From: Botryllus schlosseri | Lineage: Eukaryota | Direction: 5' to 3' | NCBI GenBank assembly: GCA_051294905.1 | Contig: CM119371.1 | Location: forward strand, 25,978,001 to 26,042,000 | DNA: 64,000 nt | Shown here: piece after piece, positions 25,498-39,900 of the stretch | Layout of the letters: every line of letters begins with the position of its first letter | Numbering within the stretch: position 1 is the first letter of the stretch | The notes under the pieces: generated by a model | What the model was told of the DNA's origin: nothing | Database searches by the model: none | Seen by the model: only the letters and a program-made list of their open reading frames with translations | Program-made: the position numbers and the translations under genes

Positions 25498-28400
25498 TAT
25501 CACGATCAAACTGAATCGTATGTAACTTCAATTATGGTGGGTCGGGTTTTACCATATTTCCGTGATTTAGTCGTGATGAACCATATTTGGATTAGGTTGA
25601 CGATACAGTGAATATTTTGTTTATATGTTATGAGAGCATAATATTACTTGATCGTTACCCCGCCGCGGTGAGTTGGACGAGGCTGGATACATTTTGTCGA
25701 TATTCGGTATGGTATTTGGAACAAATACTCGCTTCCAGAGTCTACCTGATTCATTTTAATTTGATTAACCTAAAAATGATCCGTATTAAACTTTGATATC
25801 ATATTATACGAAACGAATTACGGGATTATGGAATCGTAGCCACAAAATAGCACTGTGGTAGAGTGTCCAACTTCGCGATCGCTATCGCGTGATCTGAGCG
25901 AGTCAGACCAAAGAAGTGCTTGTATTTATCATTTCTGGATAATGTGTAAAGGGAGATCGTAGTTTACAGTGGATACCTGGGAGAAAAAATAGGCGTATTT
26001 TCCAGATTTACACCATAGCCCAGGGCGAACAGCCAACAACCGGCACTTTTAGGTATAATATTTTATTTTAACACCCAATCGAATGGATGGAAACGGGTCA
26101 AATGTACTAATAACATGGAGATATATCCAAGTGGTGTCGTGTATAGGATACTGTTTTCATGTACTGCCTGTTCGCTCGTACTTGGGCGTGAAATGCTATA
26201 CTACATCGCTTGGATATTATATCTTCAGAAGAACTTGGGTATCTCACCCGTTGTCGCCCACTGGAATGTGCGTGAAGGAACAATTTTGTATCAAAAAGTA
26301 CTGTTCATCGGATTTACCCCCTGAGCAGTCTGATGAACATCGGCAAAATACACGATTAACTTTTACACTTTGCTGACTCGACAACCTTGCTATTCCATGG
26401 TCCAAGCACCCTGATGATGCAGATGCAAATGAATTGCCTTCAGTCCTTCCTCCCTTACCGCTTACCCCGTATCTTGATGTGAGAGCAAACGCGCGCTCGC
26501 ATGAGTGTCTCATGAATATTGATTTCGATATCAAGACCTCACCGCGAGTCTTGGAACTTATAACACCCGCTTTTATTTAACTCCAAAGTCTTATCGCCTG
26601 CTATAAAGTAGGCGTCTCGGTAATACCGAATGCAATTGCATTAAAATGCAGTGAAAAAGTTCAATACTTTGCTATTTATACATTCGCTTAATATGCAAGA
26701 TTGTGTGTTCTATATTCATCGAAACTTATATGAATTCGGATAAATTGTTATTACGTTACTGAATAGTTGTCAGGCGGCTGCACAAGGTATCCTTGCCAGC
26801 CTCGCAGATGTGATAAGCGAATTCGGGACCTGTGATACGCAATGGCAGAGTTAATATTTTCAAATCTAAATTATTGAGATTTAAATCTAAATCCAAATCC
26901 AAATCCAAATAAAGATTTGACTGAATCATAATTAAGATATAGAATTGCTGACATATATTTGAAATCTACCCGAAAGTCGTTCGAAAATCTTAAATGATAT
27001 TGAAGATTACTTGTCCCTGTCCACGTCCGTGTCCAAATCGAAATTCATGCATATACCTGGCCAGTACGGTACTATGACTGAGTCAAGTCAACATTGGTAA
27101 ACATCAGCACATTTTTAGCCCTGTGTCACGATTCACAGAGCTCGAATTAGTTCACAAATCAGATGTTTTCCCGCACGCAATAGCTCAGTCGGTATGAGTC
27201 ACGCCAATAAAGTTACATCATCGATTGCTTCTATTCATCACAACATGCAACCCTTGGACAAAGAGTGTATGTCTTGAGCTGGCGAGTGATTCCCATGCGC
27301 ATTATGAATTGATGGAGGTCACAAAAGTAGCCGGTCATTTTACATTGATAGTGATGTTTCTATACCGTTTAAGCAACCCGATGTGACACTACCTATTCTG
27401 TTTATGAAATTGCACTTTTTAGGCAAGTTCTCTGGTTTCATTAGATTGCGGTGCATGGTAGCTACGCTACATCTGTTTGTTCATTTCACTGATCAGTCAT
27501 GTAGAACTGACTGTAAGGTGTAGTTTCATATACATTTCATGTACATTCCAGCGTTAGAAGTAATCACCCAGAAACGGTAGCGCTGATGGCAATCAACAGA
27601 ATCCAACTTGTTGACATCGTGTTCAGTAATATTAGACAGCGGTTCAAGTTGAGTCCATAATCAGGAGTCGGTTTATTATCTTATCTACCTACAGGCTATG
27701 GTTCCTTGAAAATGGCTGTCTGACTTCGGCTCAGCTGATCGAGTTGAATGACGTAAAGCGCACGTCATCCATGAGTTATTTCAACAATGTGATGACTCGG
27801 CTTCGCCGTAGTATAGCTGCGGTAGGCATGTGTCATGAAGCGCAAGTGACTTAGCATTCCCGTACAGCCGAATATATATATCAATTAACCTCGTGCATTA
27901 TTGATGAAGTTGTGTCTGACAATGGTTCTACATAACTAACGCATGTCCAGTCCATGTCCTACGACGGCTATGATTTATGTATTTGGAAGCAGCATGGTAT
28001 CAGTCGCAACACACTGGCATGAAATTCATATCGTTATCAGAGGCCGCAAAGTCATTTTCAAAGTTTTATGACAGTGGCCTAATCTACAATTTCTCTGCCT
28101 ATATCGCCCCGTAAACGTTCAGTAGTGCGTACGTCGTACGTGTGTGGTAGGGTAGTCCATAAAACAGCATAAGTTACTTGTTTTTTTAGTCGCTTTATTG
28201 ATTATGATTGCGCGTCAAAGAGTGAGCAAGGTATCTCCATACTTCTTGCTAATATTAGACTTATTATTCAGACAACCTACTATCGCAATTGACAATGTCA
28301 AAGTCAATGTTAATTCGTTCTAGTAAAGTTAGTGCAGGATCGGAGCCGTGTCTTGGTAATTGGTATCCAGTGCACGACTTATCAAGATATATATACTGTT

Positions 28401-31400
28401 ATGTTAATGTGACCCGAATTACCACTTGGAGACTTGTTTTCATACAGTATTAGGTAATGTTTGTCGTGTAAATTAGCATTACGCAACCTCGTGGGCAATA
28501 TTTGATCACCTTACATAATTTTAGCTGACCCGACATTATTTCCGTGGATACAACGCAGGCGGCTATGTTTGAGTAGTCGCCGTCGGGAGGTTGGTCAGGA
28601 AGTACATGACGAGACCTATTTGCTAGCTACGTGTCGATCAAGCCTTGAAGCTAAGATTGGAAAGTGCAACCAGCTGATTTTGCAGTAATAACCACTCCTT
28701 GCCACCGAATGTGTGAATGCAATTGCACAATATCTACTGCAAAGAAAGTACAGTTGCATTAGGCACCATGTCAGCCACAGTGAGGCAGATAAATACTAAC
28801 GCACGGCATTGCAGCAGGTTAAATGCAAAGGTGGAGACTTTGATACATGAAAGGAATAACTCGTAGTCATTTTCAGAGTTGCGAAGTCACTTGTAATAGG
28901 CCTACAGCGCAGTCAAAATTAGGTCGATGGTAATACCACGGTGTAAGTATACTAATAACTAGATCAGTGTTCTGAGCGTAACACCGTACTAAATATATTG
29001 CGTATATTAGGGAAATTTCAGTAGTTCAAGACATCACGTAAATGAACTTTATCATCGTACCATGTCCTAGTCAGTTTCTAAATTAGGGATGCCCTGGGTG
29101 CGATGCATTTGCGCATTAAAATATAGATACTCAGTGTCTAATTACGCGACACATTCAATGATTGTTCGAATATTAATAGGGCACACTCTGGAATTGCGAT
29201 GTCAATCAAATCGACAGGACGAAAGAAGATTGTTAAGTAAACATAGCGCAGCTAGACAGCGTTTCCAATAAAAACAATTCGTGTATCGGTGTCAGTGCGA
29301 TACCTAATCCCAAAGGTATCCGTTACGAACAAGATTTTGAAACAAACATAGAAACTATGTTAGTATCTCAACCCAGATATGTAATCCAGATAAACTGGCG
29401 TATTACTGTGCCTTGAGGCCGTGGCTTTGCTTTTAACCAGTCACTATGTTTACTACACAGCTATTTAGCGTTCTACTTAATCTCCCATCGAACGCCGAGA
29501 AAACCAACGAAAATACTGAGCATTAAATAAGTGGCGTCATTTTTAGCAAACTTATCCAATCTGTTTTGTTCCTATATTACGATGCTCATCATTTACGTAA
29601 TAAAGGAAACCTGTTACGATATTGAATGGGTTACAATCAGTTGGATTTGTTTGGATATTGACTCTTCATAATCTTCCTAAGTTTCAATTCATGCATTACG
29701 TCTGTTCGCGTAACTTCCGTCAAGCAGAATGAATAGGGTATTGCAATGCCGTCATCGTATTCCATCTCGTTCCAAAGCGCCGGATACAATAACTGTTAGA
29801 GTGATTGGTCAAAATATTGATGTCAGTAACTCGTGACTGTATCGCACAATGTACGGTACATAACACCATTCGCCTTTCTAAGCAGTGATATTACTTGCCA
29901 CGCTACTTACGGTACAAGCACGCAACTAGACAAATGTATCCTCCAGCTGATTCGCTGAGTATTGGTTCAACAGTTGAGGAATATTTGCAGTATGTTACAT
30001 GATAGTTTATTGCGGTGGATATAAATAGAAATACTCAGCTGGTATCAGTATACTAAATTTGTAAACAGTGCTGACCTTTTGCAAGCAACATAATATTAAT
30101 ATGTATTCAGTAAATGTTTCGGTATAACTGTGAAGGCATGTATGTATGCACCTAAATGTTATACTCATTGGCGTGTATACTGTATATCGACTCGGTACAC
30201 GCATCTGCGACAGTAGATTGGGTAGAAAAGGTCAGACAGGTTTCACAATAACCGCAGTCGAGAGGTGCGCTACCAAGGAGTGAACTTAATATCCTCTAAC
30301 AAAAATGTTTCGGATATTACGTATGTAATTCTGGAGCCGTCCTCATCGAGTTTCGGGTTAGGAAAGTTCATCGGGACCTAGTCTGCGGCGCAGGAAAAGT
30401 GAACCTGAGTTCGTCTCAATCTGTGTGTTAGTGGTTTGCTTGTAGATTGTGTTGAACTCGGAAATCTCAGTATACTGGAAGTCATTTTTAGTAGACTATG
30501 GTATTCCCTTCCCACACAGCGAAAGTTCTAGGAAGAATGAAACATGCATTATTAGGACGATACATTGTCAGCGAAAGGGTTACAGGTGCACTAGCAGTCT
30601 TCTCTTAGTCTCTCAGTCTTCTTTGTATTTGAATTGAGGTCAAGAAATTTCATGTGTGACTACTGACTATTCACGGGTCAAAGGCGAGAATCGAGATATA
30701 ATACCTGACATGCCCGATTCTGCATTGCGTTGCTTGCAACCACCGGCGCAGTAACCTTTACATTTTATGGGCCTGTAACTTATATTTCAATACCCCTCCG
30801 ATAGACCTCAAGTTACCAGAAACGAATTACGAATTACGTCATAATCCCGTGCGCGACGACAGTATTGATTGATACAATCAATTTATTTCTGTACTCATCA
30901 CAGCACAGCTGGTATCATGTCGCGTATATTTGACAGTGTCTTTGAAGTCCAGTTGCGCATCACCAAATTGTTGCAATAGAACTTCATTCCGGTACCAGTT
31001 TCAGTTGATAATTTTTCTAGCATATGGCAAACTACGGAATGATTGTCCGTCGCAGTTACTCCCGGTATAATAGTTATTAATGACTAAAGCTACCTAAAAT
31101 TATTATATTATATAGGCGTGATTATTGTAGTGATTTATTTGGAGAGATTAAGAATGGCTCTAGGTTTGTAAAATGACGGAACGTTGCTAAGATTGTGTAC
31201 TGTCTCCTGGGACCGCCGATCCCTGTCAACTTTCCGGCCGGTTCGCTTAATATATTACTATTCGATTCGCAATTGCAAAATGTTTCAGGTTGTTGGCCTG
31301 TCCATTAAATAGAGGAATACGACTGATTAAATAATCTGGGGCGTAATTAATAACGCTTTCTGACGTTACATGGAGTTAATGGTCTACTTCTACTTACAGG

Positions 31401-34400
31401 TAGCCTATACAAATCGTTTAGTCGACGAGTCATGTGTGAAAGCTAACAAGAAATGTTCGTAGAAAATTCGCCGTATTTTTATAGTACAATTCAGCCACAT
31501 TTGGCAGACTAGCAAACAGCAAAGTCACAGTTTTTTCAAAATAATCTGAACACTGAACAGTCAAAACAAGACTACGCCTCCAGTTCAGTTCAATGTTGTT
31601 CAATGTTAATAAAATTTTTATCTGATCAATGCAACACAAGATTGCGATACCATGAGTTGATTGGAAGGTGACGAATCGACTTGGAGTAGTCTTTGAAATC
31701 AGACACCCACCTGGGCCTAGGCTATGTGAAGAAAAGGCATGCATTGCACAGTGCACACTGAATGTAGAATATAACATAAGACGACAAGCAACAAAATGAG
31801 TTGACATGTGACGGAAGGCGCGTTCGATACATCAGATCGGGGTTCGGTAATCTCGAGCGCTGACCAGCCCTGCAGAAACTTCAATAGAATCACGTATAAC
31901 AGCGTTGAATGTCTCATTAAATTCAAGTGTCCAATATTAACTTTTGGATTTCATACATATGTTGTATTTATATTTTGGATTAAATTTGATTTTTGAAGTT
32001 TCTCTGGCCCGCAAAACCTGTTTTGGAATCTTGTCGGCCCGCAAGCTGTTATGGTTGAGAACCACTGCTGCAAATGATATTGACTTATTGGTGTTTGTTG
32101 CAATGCGTAAATCCGAGACGTGAGTTTCAGAAAGATTAATTACCAAGTCGCCCCTGGCAACTGTGAACTGAATTATATTTATTCCACTTCCGCAAAAACA
32201 CAAAAGTGCAATTACCGTCAGCGAATTGAACGATGCGGTATTACGCGCCCTTGTATACTGCAGTGTGGTACTGGGAACAGGCAGATATGAATATCGCAGT
32301 TTGTCAGGTTGATGGGCTGATGTTCTCGGAAAATCTTATCCAAAATCTTTCTCAGATGGGCGAATGTTATTTTAACCCGGATCATGATATATCATGTGTG
32401 GGTACGACAGTCGACAGAAATTTCAGACTGGTCTAGATATTCAGTGCTGGCTCAGTGCGACTGTTGTTGGAAATAGTTTCCTGCGTAAGCACTACGGAAT
32501 TTGTCTTGTTTGGAAAACAAAATGGTGTTACTTAGAAGTGCTTATGTTTGCATCAGGATTTCGATGACATGTTACATTTTAAATTTATCCTAAATAACTC
32601 GGCAACTATCCGTTGCCTGACTGATGTGTAAGCCTAATTATACCGCGCGTAGTCGCGTAATCCATTCGACTCCCTACCAACTTAATAGTATCAAACGCTG
32701 CGTTGCCCAGCAGTAGAGTGAGTCCTGACTCGGTTGTGAGCGATTAGTCACATTTGCAGACGTGAATCACGCCATTCGTGATCTGTCCATGAGTAACCTT
32801 AATGACGCAAGGGTAATGCTCATAGAATCGCAACAATATAATATTCGCAGCATAGCAGCGAACCCTTTTTAGTGACTTACGAGGCCGGGAAGGGCTTTGT
32901 TTCACTAACGTTTCCAGTTTGCGAGTTTTAGTCCGTTCGTACGCTGTACACTGTACAAGTGTACTGTACATGTACAATGTACATTGTGTACACGTTGATA
33001 GACTGATATTCTGACTACATAGTGTAGACATCGTTTTCTGCAACGCTAAATCTGGTAAAGATACCTCCTCTAGTGAGATCTGTGTGGCAAAGCATCAGAA
33101 GTCTCATAGGTTTGCTAAAGGTCGCGATAGAGTAGTTCCAAAACGAATTCTACGCTGTGAACAGTTTCAATTGGATTCTATCAGTGATTGACCATCCTAA
33201 AACTTGCCATAAAATATCAAATTATCAAAACGGTCTCGGCTAGGCAATGGTAGGTTCTTACAATTAATAGCATACATCCCGTATGCTGATACCGACCGTT
33301 ACTGGAAGCCATTACTGTGCCAAGTCGGTATTGTCATTCCAGAATAACATTATTCCGTAATAAAGCCCAATGTTTCTAATTCTTTGTAACACACATTCAT
33401 TTTATTTTTCTGCAGATATTACAGCATATTATTGTAGCATCATGAAGTTCATGTACCATTGGTTTTGGTCTTTCGTATGTGATATGAAGAGCTCCTTCGA
33501 TGACGTATGCAATCCAGTTAACGACAGGAAGAGGACATCTGTCCTAGATATCCAGGGAATGACAATCGACATTCAAGACGCGGCTCGCTTCCTGACCGAC
33601 TAAACCTCTGAGATTTACGGCTTTTCTTTTCAAGACTATGCAGTATGCATCCTGTTTCGTTTCATTTGATTGTCAGTCCTCGAAAGACAACTACAATCCA
33701 TGTATGCTGCTAGCATGGCGCAGATTACGTACTGATATTTCTTGACTTCGGAACTCATTTCATTTAATGAACATCACAGTCAATTGCCCGATATCCGCAT
33801 AACATTTTGTGAAGTATACACCATCGCTGCGGATATGGACTTTACGTCGCCTTGAAAACTGGTGTGGCCTACGAATTGCGGAACTCATGAGTCATGATTC
33901 GAGAATTCTAGCGCTACTGGTAATGTGCAGTGGAACTAGGAAAGTCTCTTCCAGCCACAAATTTTAATGACATTATTGATATACCTGGTTTTGTAGTCGC
34001 CTTACATATGCAGTATTTCGTCAACATATCCTTTCTTTCAATTTGTGTTGCCAGACTTCAAGGCAATATTTATATAATGTTTTATCTGTCGATGAATTAT
34101 GACACGCACTCAGTTGCAGATACTGCCTTTACCAATGTGGTTTATATCAAGGATTGCTAGATATTCTGTTACGCGACTGATCCTATTTTCCTGTTCCGGA
34201 AACGGCATCCAGTATTTCAAGCTCAATTTCGCATGCCCAAGTATCGCATGGTCATTGGTCATATGTCCCTATTTCTAGATGCCCGAATGATCCTGTTTCT
34301 TCGATGCACAATGTGCATATGTTGTTATGCTAAAGACTAGTATGCTCAACTGCTGTTTTTATTTCTGTCGTACGCTCAAATGTCGGGCAACCAAACACTT

Positions 34401-34609
34401 ACCGATACTTTACCATACTCGGTGCTGGCGCAGGAGTCGAAATAATATCAATCGTGAGAGCTACTAATAGTGCTGCACCGGCGACATATTCTGATATTGA
34501 AAGTTGTTGTTATTGTTTATTAAACAAAAAGATGTGGCATGATATTGGAAGTGATAAGCTGTGGAACAGTACCACTATGGTTACTTGATCAAGGGCTCAT
34601 ATTCCGTAC

Positions 34610-34793
34610 GGTTACCCGGCATTTGAGCAAGCGTCACTGCAGCATTTGACTCTGGAGCAGCTGACTTTACAACCCCGAAACTACCCTTACCCCAAAATTA
34701 AACCTCACCCTATCTCTGAGCCCAACCCTAACTTTAGCAAACATGCTAGAGTACAGCATACTGAAGTGTCGCACGCTGATATGTCCACGGACC
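34610..34793. mobile_element. Degenerate copy of the GG-terminated MITE family at 41016-41318
   Basis: Same termini (GGTTACCCGGCATTTGAGCA... / ...GATATGTCCACGGACC) and a CCCTAA-like core; TSD only partly conserved. Confidence 0.6.
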
Positions 34794-35757
34794 ATTCCCA
34801 TTATTCAAAATTTGGCTTGCCGGGCAGCGCCACGACAAGTTAATCACCAATGCATAGGCCTTGTGATACTATTTCGTGCGTCCTTGCGTTCCCCATCGAC
34901 TGAAATCCGTTACATTGTTCGAAACGGTATAGTGATGAATGACAGTGATATCGAATCGGCTTGATCTTCGCTAATGGACACTGTTTTTTTGCAAAATGTT
35001 GTTATCCTCTTCGCCACGCTTACGTAACATGTTTCTTTTCTGATACAATTGATGTAATCAGCTGTGAGCGTCCTTGATAAGCCGCTAGCCAATCGAGGTT
35101 GGGATGGAGTGTAATCGATGGTGCTGTGGAGGACCTTGTTTATCGGTTCATATTGCTGCAAAACACCGTGTTATTTGTTTAGGATATCGTAATGGATATC
35201 AGCTGTTTGCGGAATCGCATATTCCAAATTCATTTTTAACCAAGCTTTACAGAATGCTCAAGGTTCAGTTATAAGTTAACATCGAGTACTTTTTGGATTG
35301 GAGTTAACTATTCGAGTGCAAATCATTGTCAAGTGACAGACGTCGCATGCATAGCATGACAGTTGAAACATGTGCCGGATGTGCCCTTTATGTAAGACCA
35401 ACGAAATATCAAGAAATTAATTTGCCCGCCAAAGAAATCTCCTTCACCCAGTTCCGGATCATCGAATGTAATTTCTTTGTACATGCTCATAATCACGATA
35501 CAACCCTCTGTGGCAATGGTGTGATTCGCAGAAACAATGTTCCAGCGAACTTGTGCATTTCACAGCCATGAGTTGCATACATAAAGACTGCCATGCCAAC
35601 ATGGAAGTATCGAAAGGATCATTCTCGTTGATAAGATAATTCTTAGTTACACCGTTACGTATATGTTCGATACTAGAGACAATCGACTAGCAGTACTCGA
35701 CTCAAGTCATCAATATGAATTTATGAATTCTCTATTCGTATTAGAACAGGGGTTACC

Positions 35758-36984
35758 CAGAGGTGGTCAAAGTAGTCAATGAAGCTACTCAAGTAGAAGT
35801 AGAAGTAGCGACGAAAAACTCTACTCAAGTACGAGTAGAAGTACTTCTTTCATAAGCAACCTAAAACTACTCGAAGTAGAAGTCGAAATTATTGACTTTA
35901 AATCCACCCAAGTAAGTAAGTAGTCGTGAAAACGATCGTAATTCGTTCGCATGGACTGTCAAAAGCTGCAAATGGCGCTATGTGGAAGGTTTAGAGAGCT
36001 TGATTCATATTGATGCATCAGAGGAGGAGTCAATTTTTGACAGAATAAGCAGTCGACCGCATCATGGGATGTAAATGATATAATGCATTACTACACTTGC
36101 TTTTATACTTCAACATGTATGTTCTCCAGACAAAAGAACTGAAACTATAATTAGAACTCAACGTATAATACTCGTAATTGAAAGAAAAATACAAATACTA
36201 CTTCTAAAAAGCGGAAATATATGTAATGTCTTTTGTCCAGAAATTATGAACGGTGTTCTGCTAAGATAGGGTTGCCAATCTTACCATACGTCATCTTTTA
36301 GGAGGATTTGTCATATTTTTTGACTTTTTTGAAACTGTCCTCGGAGAATGCCCTTTGGTCCTCTTTTTTTTGCGAATTGTCGTCAAATTGACGGCCAAAT
36401 TCGATTGAGATGCCGTGAATCAGCACCGCAGTAGCGCTCCAGCGGGTATTTTGGGAGCTGAGCGAGAAAGTTGATTTTTTTTAGTCAAGCACCTGATAAT
36501 GTGAAAGAAAAAACTGTATTGATGCTGAGCGACCACGAAGTGGGAAAAATTTACTATAGTTACAGGTTTTCAGATTAGGACACGTCATGGGCTGCTAGGT
36601 GTAATAGGTAATTGCTGGATTGCAAAACAGTAGTTTCAAACGTTACTTTCAAAGCGATACTTTCGTTTAAACATATTGGTCACTCCATATATCTACTGTG
36701 CGCGAAGCGCAACGAAAATTCCGGGTATTACATGGCTTTTATGAAAATTTAATATTCATACTACGTGAAAACAGCCCTGAAATTCCTTAGGCTATCTTTC
36801 TAATTGGGGGATTAAACTACTTCCACTTGACAAACTGAAAATAGAGAAAAGTAAGTAAGTAGTTCACAAAATATTGCGAAGTAGAAGTAGCGAAAAAATA
36901 TCTACTTGAGTAAGTACCAGAAGTAGAGGAAAACTACTTGAGTACTTCGAAAAAGTAGAAGTACTGCGTTACTGACCACCTCTG
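35758..36984. mobile_element. hAT MITE with AAGTAG/TACT subterminal repeats, inserted in the TIR of another hAT MITE
   Basis: 12-bp TIR CAGAGGTGGTCA / TGACCACCTCTG; TSD GGGTTACC/GGGTTAAC. It contains a partial TAGGGTTGCCA element near 36268. Confidence 0.88.
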
Positions 36985-39900
36985 GGGTTAACAACATGCT
37001 GCTCGCGATCTGATTGGAGATTTCGGAAGAACGCTAAGTAAAGCATTTTGAAATGATGAAATTGATTTCATTTTCAAAATATTGTTTTTGTTGTTTGAAA
37101 ATAAGCTATTCGTCAATGCCTTACATCACTATCCCCCACTAGCTGAAACGGCTTCGGACTGCATTCCATCCAGGGAGACTCAACTGATATGAATGGGTAC
37201 ATTGTCTTACGTGCAATGGCAAAGACACTGCCAAGACCGAGACACTTACGAAGCGGCTTATATAGGGCTTGCCCGCATGGTCAAGTCTTAGGAGAAGATA
37301 CTCTTTCAGTCAGAAGAGTAGAATATTCGAATAGTTTTTCTCGCAATAATTAATCATTAGCAATGCGAATTTAAAGGGCAATTTACGGGACGATTTCATG
37401 AGCACATACTAGGGGATTCTGTCAAGTACGCTATTGCAGCAATCGGTCTGCAGAATAATTCAAAATGATTTAGTCACGCAGGTTAGAGGTCATCGATTCG
37501 ATGAGTTTATGAGCACCATTAAGCCGGCAGTCACTGGCCGTGAGCTAACTCCACCACGCACTCGTGGTAGATCGATTGCTTGTACTTTATTATTCACCAC
37601 GAAAGGCTTAAACGCGGACTTGAGTCCCGTTTCTACGCGATGCGGTGTATACTGGAGACAGTCAATCAGTTGGTACCGTTGCTCGTTATATATTTACGGC
37701 TGTAAAGAATTGGTGAAGGTAGTAATTTTTGGTTCATAATAAACTATTACCATGGATATTTGAAGAATTACACGTACCCACTCTCAAGACACTCCAAAAC
37801 TGCCTCAAGTGGAAGTAGAAAACGGGAGGTATAGGGTAGTACTCCAGAAAGAAGTTTGCAGCATATATTGGGACGGAATCGTAGCAGACTTTCGTTGGTA
37901 AGCGTTAGTCACGGAATAACTCCTGGCGATTTAAATAGGTGTGACGCACGGAGTTATCGCCCGTCACCGTCCTACAGGACCTCCTTCGCCTAGTTGTCAT
38001 GACACGTTCGTACATGAAAGCGAGGCAAATATACTTGAATAAAACTATAAGAGTTCGTTGCATAAAACTGTTGAAGTAGACGTGTATAAGTAGTCTACGT
38101 GAGTAGACAACACCCACATGAGTAGGCCTACTTCTAATATGCACGTGGTTGTCGACTGCCAACAAGCTATGTTTTTGTTGGTGACTTGATTCACCTGTCG
38201 ACTGATGGCGCAACTAAAAGCCGACGGCTAGAACAACATTTGAAACAGCTCTTTCAAAGACACCACGACACTCTGGGAAGCTTGCAAGCTGTCCCATACC
38301 GAAAACTTGGCTATCATTTGAAAAAAAAAACATATTCATTATACGTTCGCTACCATTATATTGTAAAATACGTCCATTCAGGCACTTGATGATTTTGTCA
38401 CTGCAAAACACCAAACTATTTCTAGTCTGGTCCATTACAAAAGCCACAAAAGATCGGTTCATGAATTCATTATTCTGGAGTAGATTCATAAAGCTTTTCA
38501 AATCATACACCAACTATTCTCAGACATATCATAACGCCTGTCCTGACAAGGATACCTTCCTCTGACGCTTGGATACATTTGTCTACACGCCGATTCAAAT
38601 TAATAATTCAGATTGTTGACAGCCACATCGGATTAGGGAACAATACGTCACTTAATCAGATTGACAGGCCCCGTTGTTGATTTGAGATTGACACGTTGTC
38701 ATAAACGCTGTTGCCGTCAATCGAATCAATCTTTTGTTATGCTCCGGGTTGCGAAATGCCACATGATATCCTTGAAAGCCACTTACATATAAGGGCCTTG
38801 CGTCATAGCAGTATTGATATATACAATGAGGATTGGCATAGCTGATACCAGTTCTCTGGGAAACAACAACAGCAAGTATACAGATATATTCCTGTGAAAT
38901 ATTAGAGAATCAATCACTTACAAGTGAGCTGCTGTATTGTAAGCATCTGGGAAGGAATATCAATTATCATAGTATCTCATCAACGTGTACTCCATCACTA
39001 AAGTTTAAAGCAAGCCTGCTATGGATCACATGAGAAAGAAACATTCATATTCGCGATTGAGGAGAGCCTCGTCCGCTATTGCGGCGGTGTCCAAATTCGG
39101 CTTTTTCCGCCACAAAAGCAACGCCAGAAACATGAAACGACGGGGCAGCGGCTCGGAGCGAGTCCGTCGCACCTCGAAGGGGGACGTGATGGTGAAGACG
39201 CAAGGCGTCAAGATGGGGATCCAGCAAGTGTCGAAATACTTGGCCGACTGATTATGGTGAAATTCGGGCGGTTTGAACTATAGAACTATCACGGTCGACA
39301 TTTATGGGTTACAAACCCAATACTTCACCTCTACCAATACCGATTTGTTCTTGTAACTGACTTGCATCGAGTTCCTGTGTTTCTCATGCGAAGTGTGTCT
39401 GTGTAGTATATAGTTAAAGTAGGCCCTACATGTACAATGTACAACGTACATTGCACATTGTGCAGTACAATATTCGGAGTTGAGTTGTATAATGTATACT
39501 AACGAAATCTCATCAGCTATGCGAGGTTATATGTATGCGTGAAACGCGTAATGTTATTTTGTAAATTCTTCCTGGAAAGTCGGACAAACGAACTGCATGT
39601 TTGATCTTTCTCCGTGCAGCCGTGCGAGCAACATGTAAATACATTCTTTTCACTGATTTGCTACAATGCAGTGCAGTCGACCAATTGCTTCATCGAGTTC
39701 ATGAAACAGCGGTTTCAAAATAAACAATTGTGAATTGTTGCTAGTGAGTTCGGCAATCGATATTCATCTCGGTCATAGTCATAGGGTTATTCACGTGCAC
39801 GGGCCGAACATGGCCGCAGTCCAAGGAAACTACAAGCAGATTCTACTGAAAAGTTGTAGACAAGTCAGCGCGTGAGAGTACCGAACCACGACCTGGTATA

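Noticed and set aside
27177-27200. tRNA gene (GCAATAGCTCAGTCGGTA resembles a D-arm/A box)
   Set aside because: No B box, T-arm or acceptor-stem complement follows. The similar site near 25853 fails in the same way.
39021-39251. Arg/Ser-rich 76-aa ORF and overlapping minus-strand ORFs, paralogous to 48510-48945
   Set aside because: The paralog has in-frame stops. Substitutions are spread almost evenly over codon positions (7/8/10 in my hand count), and the 3' part belongs to an insertion. A LINE-like YLGIRLD at about 40198 is too weak to call.
16890-39470. Recurrent TGTACA-rich patches (about 16890-16925, 32940-32995, 39428-39470)
   Set aside because: Short low-complexity runs of a palindromic hexamer with no shared flanks; most likely slippage products.
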